A stretch of 64,000 nt of DNA, taken from contig MU053881.1 of assembly GCA_013239625.1 (NCBI GenBank), forward strand, positions 7,091,957 to 7,155,956, in the 5' to 3' direction. The DNA is from Lama guanicoe. Taxonomy: Eukaryota. The first letter of the stretch is position 1; each line of letters opens with the position of its first letter. The notes under the pieces are model-generated. The model was not told where the DNA came from. It saw only the letters and a program-made list of their open reading frames with translations, and searched no databases. Below, one piece after another: positions 29,466-42,001 of the stretch. Both the position numbers and the translations under genes were made by a program.

Positions 29466-30250
29466 CTTTCTCCAAAGATATACAAATGGCCAATATGGAC
29501 ATGAAAAGATGTTCAATATCATTAACCACGTAGGAAATGCAAATTGAAATGACAATGAGATATTTCATACCCACTACGATGGTTATAATCAGTAAAATAG
29601 ATATTAACAAGTGTTGAGAAGGATAAGGAGAAATTGCAACTCTTGTACATTACTGGTAGGAAGGTTAAGTGGTATAGTTGCTTTGGAAAACAGTCTGATG
29701 GTTCCTCAAAAGGTTAAACTCAGAGTTGCCATATGACCCAGCAATCCTACTCTTAGGTATACACCCAAGAGGACGGTAAACATATGTCCATACAAAAACT
29801 CATATATGGAAGCTCATAGCAGCATCACTCCTAACAGCCAAAAGTGGAGACAGTCTAAATATCCATCTGATGAACTAATAAACAAAATGGGGTATACCCA
29901 ATCAGTGAAATATTAGTCAGCTAAAAAAGAAATGAAATATGGACACATGCTACAGCATGGATGAAGCTTGAGAACATGCTACGTGAAAGACGCCAGTCAC
30001 AAAGGACCATGTGCTGGATGATTCTATTTACAGGAAATGCCCAGAACAGACACATCCACAGAAACCTCAAAGTAGGAGAGGGGAGGACAGCTAAGGGATA
30101 CAGGCTTCCTCTTGGGAGGTAACAAAAATGTTCTAAAATTCGTTGTGGTGATGGTTGCCCAGCTCTGTGAAGATACTAAAAGCCACTGAATTGTACTCTT
30201 TAGGTGAACTGTATGGTATGTGAATTATATCTCAATAACCTGTTAAAACA
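29466..30250 (+). mobile_element. L1M (L1MB/MC-like) 3' end inserted into a MIR
   Basis: tttctccaaagatatacaaatggccaat...gtatgtgaattatatctcaataa; MIR breaks near 29465 and resumes near 30256. Confidence 0.85.
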
Positions 30251-30255
30251 AAACG

Positions 30256-30334
30256 GTGTCCTAACTCCACGTCCAGCGCTCTTGGGTGCTGTCCATGGTC
30301 CACTGCCTCACCAGGCCTGTGCACTGGAGTCCAG
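30256..30334 (-). ncRNA. MIR378E: Apparent ortholog of the human MIR378E hairpin locus, MIR-derived and degenerate (function doubtful)
   Basis: Minus strand GACTCCAGTGCACAGGCC...GCTGGACGTGGAGTTAGGAC is collinear with recalled pre-miR-378e, which I recall lying in a DOCK2 intron; mature-equivalent 30259-30277 differs at 3 of 19 nt. Confidence 0.5.
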
Positions 30335-30872
30335 CAGAGCCAGGCTGGGGTCCCAGCTTGACCACTTGACTAGCTTGGCCTAGTGTCCTCAGACAAGACA
30401 CTTCCCCGACCTTTAGGGGCCACCTCTGTGAAATGGGATCAAACAGAAACAACTAAACGAGGCAATACATGGAGAGCACTTCGCGTGGTTTCCCTGCATT
30501 ACATGTGCTCCGTAAATGTTGGTTGTGATCAGTATCTGCCAAAGATTCACAAAGAAAAGAGGAGAAGACAGCAAGAATTATTCCACAGCTGAGAGAGAAC
30601 AAAAGTGAACATTTGGGTGGATTATTCCCCTCTTCCCAAAACAGCGAAGTTCCTTTTTATCTGGCCCATTCCATCAATATCAAAGAAACAGCCACTGCAG
30701 AGAGAGATGTGAGGTTTCTTCCAAAAATGGAGTATTTCCAATATCTGTGAGCCTCCAGATTGATCTCCAGGGGAAGACAGAGCCACGAGAGTTCCCTGGA
30801 GTCCTGAGCCCTCCAGCCTCAGGCCCGCCTTCCTGGCTCCTCCCCTCCCCCCCGCGCTGGGCACTGAACTTA

Positions 30873-31034
<162 letters not shown>

Positions 31035-31399
31035 TTAATCAAAGCTTTAGGGAGCATTTATCATCTCCCAGGTTTAGTGCTGGGAACTGGGAGTGCAAAA
31101 CACAACAGGATGCTATACCGGCCTTTTAGGAGCTCCCGGAGAGCAGAGAAGACAACAGATGATAAGGGCTGGAGCAGAGAGATGGACACAGGAGGCAGAG
31201 GGAAAGAGAGAAAGTCTGCAGGGAAGACTCATAGCCCATGTCATTTGAGCTTGTTCTCAAGTTTATGTTGAAATATTTCAGGAGAATGGAAAGAGAAAGG
31301 GCATTCTAAGCACATGGTAAGTAAGACATATGAAAGGCATTGAGGGGTGGGACCGAGTACTGCTCTTCAGGAAATGGCATGTTGTCATGAGCAGCTATT

Positions 31400-31830
31400 A
31401 TTTCTGCCTGCCTAATATTCCTTTCTTTATACTTTGGTAACCACATCAGCCCAAATCTCAGTCTGTGGGACTCAGTGAGCTGACCACACCTCCCTAGCTT
31501 CAGGTGTGGGTACATGACACAGGCCAAGCTCCTGATCAGTATCTTTCATTATCTAGACCCTACAATTAATAGAGGCCCAAACCAAGCCAGTGAGACTCAC
31601 ATGTGAGGTTCTGTGGGCACTCTTGGCAAAAAGAAGTCTTTCTGCTTAATTAGAAGATTATAAGTCCAAGGCTGCTAGATATGACCACAATGAAAGAGCC
31701 TGCCAATATGGAGGAAAGCAGACAGGAGGAGATGGAGAGAGACTGAAAGCTGATGCCATTTTTGAGCTCCTGAATCCAGCCATACCTGAAGCTGTCCTAT
31801 TTACATGAGCTGATGCCTCAGAGTCAAGAC
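31400..31830. mobile_element. Old MLT1 (ERVL-MaLR) LTR fragment
   Basis: gggtacatgacacaggcc...ttgagctcctgaatccagccatacctgaagc. Confidence 0.6.
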
Positions 31831-32329
31831 TGGTGACAATGGTAATGGTCAAGGATCAGACTAGCTAAGTGACCTGAAAGTAAGTATACACATCCAGCTT
31901 CACCAAATCTTGTTAATATTGAAGCCAGAGAGTATCTTGCCTTCCAATGTTCAATGTCAAGAAGTAGTTCACCTAGTTGAGCTCATAGCTTAGTCAAGAA
32001 AGGGTGGGACTAAGAAGGGAGACCTAGTTGGGAACCAATCTGGCGAGGGTCTGGGCTGCCAGTCTACACATGAATCATGCCCTTACAGGATGCAATTTGT
32101 CCAAGTCAAGTATCATCCAAAGTGCAGGACTGAGGGCTAGCATGGTAAGACATGTCTACTTGCCTAGCCTAAGGCAGGAGGAAATACAGCCAAAGGACTA
32201 CAAGAGTGGGCTCTGATGTTAGGCTGTGGTTGGGGTAAATAAGCACCGGCTTTAAATGTCTCCTCCATCCCTTCCACCACCTTGGGAAAGTTGGTAGGTC
32301 TTTCCAATCCTCTGTTTCATAGTTTATAT

Positions 32330-32528
32330 CAGAGCTTAGCAAACATTTTGCATAGAAGGCCAGACAGTAAATATTTTAGGCTTTGTGGGTCAGCTCCGCT
32401 GTTGTAGGACAAATGCAGCCGTAGCCAACACATACACAAATCGGCACAACTCTGTTCCAATAAAACTTTATTTACAAGAACAGGTGGCAGGACAGATTTG
32501 GCCTGGGGGCCACAGTTTGTTGATCCTG
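32330..32528. mobile_element. MER58A hAT-Charlie MITE
   Basis: ggccagacagtaaatattttaggctttgtggg...ccaataaaactttatttacaa...cagtttgttgatcctg. Confidence 0.85.
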
Positions 32529-35241
32529 ATCAAAACAACAGGCATAATAGTGGTACCTACTGCCCGGGGTAGCTGGAAGGGCTGGAGGAGACATGACTTA
32601 CAAAGCAATGGAGGGGGTGCACAGGCCCAAGTGTGCACTGGGCTCGCTGGTCGTCTTATGATTACTGCTAATGTGATTGTTATTAGTGGCGAATGTTACT
32701 GGAAAGCAGCTCTGGTGGGGGGAGGGGACAGCTTTTTTTCCTCATGTCTGAGTTGTTCAATGATAAATGCTGGCACGATTCCTCCTCGTGAGATGAACTT
32801 TCCTTTGGAGCCGAGAGGTGGATGGGGTAAATAAGCACTTGCCTCAGGGTCACAAAGGAGCCCACGGGGAGGGTAATTACAGGGTGCCAGGAATGTGCAG
32901 TGCTGATGACACCAGCCACGCCTGAGCCCTTCGGGGCGGGTTGGAGAGGGGAGGTCTCAGTCAAGCACATCCCAGGGCAGGCTCTGGCCCTTCATGGGGC
33001 TGCTGGGTGGGTGCCGTGCTCAGGAGTTGGCTATGACTGCAGGCTTTGGCATCAGCCAGACTTATAGAGTCCTTGCTTTGACTGCTTTCCCCATCATGTG
33101 ACCCTGGGCAAGTTATTAAGCCTTTCTGAGGCTCGGTTTTCTTGTCTATTAAATGGAGATTTAAAATAGCATCTACTTTACAGCAATGCTGGGGGAAGTT
33201 AATGGGAAAGTATGAGTGAAAGGCCTGGCCTGGGGCTTAGCGCATCGTTAAGTGCTGGATATTAGCAATTGCCACCATGACATTGTTGGCACTGTTCTCA
33301 TCATTACCACCGTAATCTCATTTAACCTTTACAACAGTCAATGGAGATAGTTATCATCCTTCCCATTTTATAAATGAGGAAACTGAGGCAAAGTGGGATC
33401 TTTGTCTTGGGTTTCAAAGGATGGATGGACTTGACCTAGGACAGGCCCCAGGGTCCCATTCACTCCCACACACACACTAAGCCATGTCAGCATGACAGGC
33501 TCTACCTCCAGCACTGTCACTATGCAGAACTTAGGGCATAGGTCTAGCTCCTCCACATTAATTCCATTTCATCACATCACTGACTCCTCACCCTGCCCCC
33601 GCGATGTGGATATTGGTTAAGGTTAAGGTCAAGGTTACTTTTGCAGCAGTTAGACACAGCAGATGCCCAGTTAGGAAAAGGGGAGTGAGCTCGAGTTGCC
33701 CAGACCTCCCACTGGGCCCCCCTCTTGCAGCAGAATGACCTCACGTGGGCCCCACATTTGCATCATGCCTCCCCTGCATTGCTTCCACTGACTTTAGAAC
33801 CTGTTGGCTATTTTCATCATCTCGACTGCCTAAGGACATTTTTTTGATAGGAGCCCAACCCCACCAAAGTGTGAAATTTAGGGAGCAAGAGGTCTTTTCC
33901 AGAGGTAATTTGCTGACTGTGACATGGGAGGGGCAGAGACGGTGTGACAGGCCAGGATGGCAGAGAGACAGGATGAAACTAGCAGCAGTAGGTCAGCCTG
34001 GGGCCTCCTTTGGCAACTAAATGCCTGGTGTCCCGGGGTGGGCGGAGGCTGACTTGGGAGGAAGCTGGAGAAGACAGTGTCATGTGAGGAAGGATGCCGA
34101 TGGGAGTCAGTGAGTCAGTGCAGCTTCCTGATTTTCTTTGAGTTATCTCATCTCTTCCTGCTCCATTTCATCCCCCATGGAGCTTGGGTTTGGGAACCTA
34201 TAATGGTAGATACACATTTAATGGATGAGAAACTGAGGCTGAGGAAAGTTAGATAACGTATCCAAATGTACTCAGCTTATAAGCAGCATGTCTATTTGAT
34301 TCCAAAGCACAGTGTCCAGGAGACAGTAGGTGCTCAGTACATATTTATCGAATTGATTTGCTCTTTTCCACATTACGTTCTAAGACATTTGAATTGCCAA
34401 TTCACTCCACGCCAAGATTCGGTCTCAGTGGAATCTGCCAAACTGATTATCTCCGTCCATGAATTCATTCAACAAGCAACTATGGAGTTCTGCTGTGTTC
34501 CAGGCACTGTTTTAGGTGCTGTTGTCAAATGCTATTGTCTCTTCCTTCTCAGAGAGGGATTCTCTCTGGACCTCCTGCCTGCCGAGGGCCCAGGCCCTCA
34601 TGCTGATTAGCACATAATCCTGTTCTACAATCTGCAACATAGGTAACCACTCTGCTCAGTCTCTATATCCAGCACCTCCACTCCTTCCCCACCAACATCA
34701 GCTAGAAAGCCCACAGCCCCTCCCCCTACAAAGAATTGACCAGCAAGACAGCTGGTCTACCCAGCCCCCAGGGGCTACTCAGGCAGTGGTCAGCCACCTC
34801 CATTACCCTACACTATACAAACATTCACAGGGATGTTCCTCTCTGTACCAAGGCTCTTCCTCTGAAATGGGGTGGGATGGGGGTCTAAATGCACCCCTGC
34901 ATACTGAGAACATCGACATGGTTCATGTTGTATTAAAGCCAGGCACTTGACAGGTGCTGGAGCTCAGGCCTGAGAAAACCACTCTGGCCTCAAAGAGCTC
35001 ACACTCTTGTGATGGAGAAGACCTATGAGCAGACAGTCATGCTTTCTAAGGTATTTAATCTCAAAACCCTCTTCCCTAGAGCATCTGGTGGAATCAATGC
35101 TCTATGGAGCATATTTTGAGAACGCACTGCCATTCATTCTTTCATTGAATGAATGAAATGAGCCAGCACTGAAATGCTGAGCCAGCACTAACTCCACCAG
35201 TTCGAGTGGCTGGACCACAGAGTGGGCACAGCCTGGGCTTG

Positions 35242-35285
35242 GGAGTCTAGTGACCTGTGTGTTGGAGTCTAGTGACCTGTGTGTT
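35242..35285. repeat. Perfect 22-bp unit x2 inside a MIR
   Basis: ggagtctagtgacctgtgtgtt twice. Confidence 0.9.
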
Positions 35286-36832
35286 GCAGCCTCTGCTCTG
35301 CCTCTTGATGTGTGACTCTGGGTAAGTGGCTTCATTCCTCTAAGCCTCAGTGTTTTCACCTTAAAAATTGGGGCCAGAATGTTGTCCACCTCATTGGGTT
35401 GTAAGAGAAAAGGTGACATAAACTAACGTATGGAAAGTACTTACAGTACCTGACACGTAGTAAATGTCAGGTTAATGGTCACTGTCACCACCATCATCAT
35501 CATTTCTATTAGATGAGAAAGATGCAGAAAAAATCACAGACATAAGTATAGTGCAAGGTAGTGAATAATAACCATATGTGAGACAGACAGAACGACAGAG
35601 GGCAGAGATCTCTTGAAGGATGAGCACTGAGGTGGGCTTTGCAGGATCAATAGGAGTGTAGATGGTGCTGGCAGCCAGGACCATGAACGTGGCAGAGCAG
35701 GAGAAGAGGAGGAGACGCATGAAGAAGATGCTCACCAGGGCAAAGCAATTCAGGTGAGCTGCGGGGATGCCTGCAGAGTAGGTGAGGTAGGGGAAAGAGC
35801 TGGAGAAAAAGACTGGAAAGGTTGACTAAAGGCCAGGGCAAGGAGGACCTGGAATGCAGGCTACAGGATGTGGACTTACTAAGTGAGGATTAAAGAACCA
35901 ATGAGCAAAGGATGGGTAAGATCTGTAAGGATTTTAAGGAAAGGCAGTTTGGAATCTGCTGTCTTTTAGAGGGCAGTTAGAAGGTACTTAGGAACCTGTT
36001 TAAAGGAATATTGTTTGGCGGCAGGATGTGGTATAGAATGAGAGGCAGGGAGTGCTGAGGGAGGAAGGGGTACCACCATGTGACATAAGAAGGGGGGCTG
36101 AGAGCACAGGAGATCAAGATGTGAGGGCACCACCGAGGCAGCCTCCATGGAACTTCAAGACCGACCTTCCTAAAGTAGACGTGGCTACTGAACGTTGCCA
36201 GGAATCTGTCCTGAAAACCAGTGCTTGTTCCACTGGCGGCAGCGTCTGGACCCAGAAAATGGTCCTCATTCTTCAAGTTTGACGGGATTTTCAATGAAAA
36301 TACTTGGCCCGTGGCCCTTGCCTTTGACACAGGTTGCTCACTCCCTCCATGCTGGGGAAGGCCTCCGTTCCTTCCCGTGGCGGATCTGCGGGGCCCTGCT
36401 GAGTGACGGGAACTCTAGCTCTGCTGGCTGTCAACCTGGACGTGCTGCCAAGTCTGACACCTGGAGGGGTCAGCTCTTTCCTGGCAACGCAGATCTTCCA
36501 AGTGTTCCCAGAAATGGACGTGCTGGACAGAGGGAGGTGTCAGACGGGGGCGGGTGGGAGGGGAGGCCCCTTTGGACACATCTTGAAGGAACTCTTAGTT
36601 AGGGAAGCAAGGTTTTTATATTGTTGAGAAAGGGACCAGCTGATCCACAGCAAAGAAAGAGCATTTTAATTTCGGCCTTGGGCAGGAAAGCCTGATAGAA
36701 TACTGACCAAATCCGATCTGCCAGCTCATTCCGGGCACATGAATAAATGTCCCCGGCCTGCCGTCAAGCCTCAGAACGAAGCCCAGGCAGATGGAACGAG
36801 GATATCATTATTGGGAAATGGGCTGGGGATTA

Positions 36833-37075
<243 letters not shown>

Positions 37076-37871
37076 TCAGACCAAGACTGGGGAAAGAAAA
37101 AAGGCAGGCAGAATAGTGAAAACAACAGTTAACACTTATATCGCTGTTTACCAGGAGCCAGGCACATTTTGGACACTTTACATATATTAACTCCTGGAAA
37201 AGACGCATGCATCACCCAAAGCGAGCACCGCTGTTCTGGATAATAACCCAGGCATGTGTAAAGCGCGTCACAGTTCACAAGGGTTTTCACCTGCATCGTC
37301 TCCTCCGCAAATAGGGCCCTGATGGAATATGTTAGTGACGGCAAATCACAGGGATATTGGAAATCACGTCTGTCTGCAACACGAGCCATGTTTCTGAGGT
37401 TTGGAAAACATGCTTTTACCAATGGTTTCATGAAAACATGAAAAACAAAATTTGCTGCCGAGAATGGTCAGTGTAATCGTGGGAGTCACAACAGCGCTTT
37501 CTGGTCAGATGAACCACAACGTCTTGTTTCTTCTGCCTCATTTCAAGGCCTTCCTGCGCCCCCTCCCCTGGCTCTTGGCAGTCTCGTCTCGCTGGCCTGG
37601 TTCCAGTGTCACGAGCTCACCTCGCTTCCTCACCGCCAAGCCTGTGCACACACTGCTCCTTTGTGGATAATATTTTTCCTGCCTGTTCCCCAACACCTGC
37701 CCATTACCACCTGGCTTCCTCTGGATGGATGTGCTGAGAAAAGCCCTACCACATGCTTACCCCCTCACCCCAGCTAGGTTAGATACCCTGCACTGGCTGG
37801 GGGTCTGTCTTCTCAGCCAACCCTGCAATGATGTCTTTATGTGTGCATGCGTTTGATAAACATCTGCCTCC

Positions 37872-39302
37872 CCCACGGACAGTTTGTGAGAGTACAGACC
37901 ATGTCTGTTCTCATTACTGTATCTGTAGCACTGAGCATAGAACATATTAGATCCTCAATAAATGTCTGCTGAATGAAGAAATTTATTTGTCTAGCTCCCG
38001 CATGCACTGGCTATGTGACTTGGGTATGTGTCTTATAAAAAAGCAATCAACACCCCCCTGTTGAGAAGACCATGGGAAAATACATCTGTGTATACCCAGC
38101 GCAGAGCCGGGAAGAATCATGCTCCCCCTACCCGGGGAAGGGGGCAGTGTGACCCAGTGGTTAAGGGCACTGACTTTTTGTCTGAATTACGGAAACGGGA
38201 TTCCGCCATCAAGTAGCTACGTGATGCTGGGCAAGCTGATCTCACCTCTTGAGGCCTCAGTGTCTTCATCTGTAACATGAGAGAGCAGCAGTGTTTATTT
38301 CGTACGGTTGTTGTGAAGAGTGAATGGATTATCATTTATCAAGTGCCCAGGACAGTGTTTGGCACAAGGCATACTTTACACAGTGTTAGCTATCACTGCT
38401 GTGATGCGTGGCCAGAACGAACCACAAAGGGCAGCCTTGTTGAGCAGAACGGAGCAGATGCCTCAGAATACACACATCAGATGTGGCAGAGAAGGGGAAA
38501 GAAGAGGGGCACTTAGGGACCGCAGGGATTTCCTGGGGAGCGCAGGGAAGCCTACCCTAGCAGCCCTGTCGTTGAAGCTGCCCCCCACCCACGGACAGTT
38601 TGTGAGAGTACAGACCATGTCTGTTCTCATTACTGTATCTGTAGCACTGAGCATAGAACATATTAGATCCTCAATAAATGTCTGCTGAATGAAGAAATTT
38701 ATTTGTCTAGCTCCCGCATGCACTGGCTATGTGACTTGGGTATGTGTCTTATAAAAAAGCAATCAACACCCCCCTGTTGAGAAGACCATGGGAAAATACA
38801 TCTGTGTATACCCAGCACAGAGCCGGGAAGAATCATGCTCCCCCTACCCGGGGAAGGCGGCAGTGTGACCCAGTGGTTAAGGGCACTGACTTTTTGTCTG
38901 AATTACGGAAACGGGATTCCGCCATCAAGTAGCTACGTGATGCTGGGCAAGCTGATCTCACCTCTTGAGGCCTCAGTGTCTTCATCTGTAACATGAGAGA
39001 GCAGCAGTGTTTATTTCGTACGGTTGTTGTGAAGAGTGAATGGATTATCATTTATCAAGTGCCCAGGACAGTGTTTGGCACAAGGCATACTTTACACAGT
39101 GTTAGCTATCACTGCTGTGATGCGTGGCCAGAACGAACCACAAAGGGCAGCCTTGTTGAGCAGAACGGAGCAGATGCCTCAGAATACACACATCAGATGT
39201 GGCAGAGAAGGGGAAAGAAGAGGGGCACTTAGGGACCGCAGGGATTTCCTGGGGAGCGCAGGGAAGCCTACCCTAGCAGCCCTGTCGTTGAAGCTGCCCC
39301 CC
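37872..39302. repeat. Tandem direct duplication, period 716 bp (37872-38586 and 38588-39302)
   Basis: Base-by-base comparison found only G38101/A38817 and G38142/C38858; ORF pairs offset by exactly 716. Confidence 0.97.
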
Positions 39303-40759
39303 CGGTGTTTCAGCAGCAGCTGCCTCTCTCTCCTCCTGAGTCTCAGAGCCCACAACGCCCATCCTGGTTTTCCCTACCCTCAGGATGAACACGGGTGGTC
39401 TTTGCCTGGGGCAGAGGGCTCCTGGGGCGCACAGACTCAGGCCATGCGGCGTATAGCCTGGCACTGTTGCTTTCGATTAAAACTGAGAAAAGGAGCCAAG
39501 AGGGAAGGCAGCAAGAAAATGAATTTTAATTCAGCCTAAATGAGGCTTAATGTTGGAGTATTTCCCCAGAATTCAGATAAAAAAGGAATATCTTCAGTTA
39601 GTGAGAATGAAATGGCGAAGTCAGGTGGAGAGTTGTGTGAAATATAAGGACACTTTTCCAAGATATCAGCTTTGTTATATGATGCATTTGGATTCTACCT
39701 TGCTTTGGCCCAAATAGAAAACAAAAAACAAACCAAAAAACCCCTTACTTTCCTGCAGATTTATAGCAACTGCTAATCTAGGTTTCTGATTTTGTCCTTC
39801 AAGATCCTTTAAACCCACAGTGGGGTTTTAAAATTCGAAGCTGAGTGCAATATTAAGTAGAAGGTAAATGGGAAACTGTCAGATAAGCCACCACGGAACG
39901 GAGAAATTGCTTATGCAACAAAGGCCTTTAGAATACTGGAGGGCACCGGGTATGAGATAAGGATAGACTTAAAATGGTTTAAAATAAAGAGCAGACATGC
40001 CACAGACCAGGGATTTCTTAGACATTTTTGACCTGCATTCTTTGCAGTCAGTTGAAGAGATGTTTGGAAGAACAGGGAAAGAGAAGACAGAGAAAGATGC
40101 TGATCTCAATGGCCCACACAATACTGCACAAAGAAATTTTATTCATTTATACTGAAAGTGCAATTTCAGCACATCGGATTTTGTGTTCATGTTATCTGAA
40201 TATGTGCCTTTATATACATAGATGCGTGCGCACACACACACACAGAATATATTTGTGGCTAATTGAATGCAAACTCATTTGAGAAAAAAATTCCTCATTC
40301 AAGAGACATACCTGCTGCTGTTTTTGAAAAAAAGGCAAGGAACTGGGTGAGAGGGTCTTTTTCACATAATGGAAGCTGAATCTCACTGGGAATAGATACC
40401 AATTAGAAAAGGCTTTTAAAGTGCTGATAAGCCAGCGGGATAAATCCAAATGCCGAATTACACAGGCTTTGGGAAGGGATCTGGCGGTAATGAGAGCGGA
40501 GAAGAGCTTAGGTGTGCAGGGCAAGCAATCCCCTGTGCTCTCTGGCCTCGGTGTCCAGTCTGTGCAATGGCCTCATCCATCACCCCTCGCAGGGGGAGAC
40601 GGTGAGATCGAACACAAAGGGTCTGAGGGCACTAAGAAGGCAGCCTGGCAAGAAAGAAAGAAAGAAAGAAAAAAGGGAGAAGGAAGGGAGTGGGGTAGGG
40701 AAGGAGGAAGGAAGGAGACAATCCTGTGAACCAGGCTGAGAATGAAGGTGGCCCAGTCA

Positions 40760-41973
40760 CTGACCTCAGGAGGCTGTCGTGGGACAAGGGCTTGAGCTGA
40801 CAGTGTGAGGCCCTCTAAGGGCTGGCACAGACCCTGAGATGAATGGGATGAGGGCAAGTTATCACTCCCTCGATTTCAGAGTCCCGTAAGCCTCCTGGGG
40901 ACTCTGAAATCAAGCCAGGCTGATCAGAAAAGACCACTCGCTCACTTCAGAAGAGGAGGAAAGAACACAGATCTCTGCTCCCTCATCTCAGGCGCGGAAA
41001 AGCTCCCTCCCGGCACTGCCCTGTTCACTCCTCATCACTCAGAACATGCCCGGCCCTGGCTTCCCTCCAGGCCCTGTAGAATCTCCAAGCCCCCAAAACC
41101 TGGGTCAGATCCCTCCACTGCCACTCCAGGCCATGTGGCTTTGTGACTGTCACTTCATGTCCCTGAGCCCCTGCTTTCTCATCTGTTAAATACACGGAAA
41201 TAATAATAATAATCCATGCCTGGGAGAATTGTTGAGAAGCTTAAGACAAAGGGCTTCGCACAGGGTCTGGCTCCCTAGAAAGGCTCAGGAAGTGCTGATG
41301 TGCACTGTGACGGTGACGATGGGGAGCAGTGTAAGCTCAGTCTACGCTGGGCTCTGGAAAAAGCAATGTGAGAAGACATGGTCCAACCTCATGGAGCCCC
41401 CAGGAGCTTTTCATGGAACTTTCCAGGCTGGTCAGTTTGTCTGCTGACCTCTAGAGTAAAGAGCTGGCGTGGGAAGAGGTAGGATGGATTTATCTTACCT
41501 CCCATGCCTGACATCCACCACCCTCCAGAACCTTCTCTGTCCCATCCAAGCATGTTATAATCTGTCCTCAAACATGTTTGAAAAACCCCAGTCTTTGGCC
41601 CAATCATGTTGGTCCACAGCTTACAATCCTTCCATGGGTTCCACCGCTCTGCAAGTCCATTTGGTCTGAGGCTCCCTCTCCGTACCCTGTCTCACCCTCT
41701 GGTCCGCTTGCCTGCCTTCCTCCCCTGGCCTGCCTCCAGCTCCTCCAACACACCCTGCATCCCCCTTCTCAAGCCTGCACACGGTCCTCCTCTGCCCACC
41801 ATGCTCCTCCCTCCCGCTCCCTGACCCCATTAGCACTCTGAATCCAATCGCCACCACAACTTGCCCTGATAACTTGCCTTCACCCTGTTCATTTAAGGGT
41901 CTGTGCCACCCTTAGAGGGCCTCACACTCTCAGCTCAAGTGCCCCTTGTCCCACGACAGCCTCCTGAGGTCAG
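40760..41973. repeat. Inverted repeat pair, arms 40760-40864 and 41867-41973, ~90% identical, 1002-bp spacer
   Basis: Manual alignment: 97 matches in 108 columns, including a 31-bp perfect block. Confidence 0.93.
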
Positions 41974-42001
41974 GAGGCGATACATCCTACTCATTCTCTA
42001 A

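Noticed and set aside
38028..39539. Paired identical ORFs suggesting duplicated small genes
   Set aside because: By-product of the 716-bp duplication of MIR/L2 sequence
40760..41973. Inverted arms as TIRs of a novel DNA transposon
   Set aside because: No TSD or transposase remnant, and the interior holds MIR/L2 that appear older than the arm divergence
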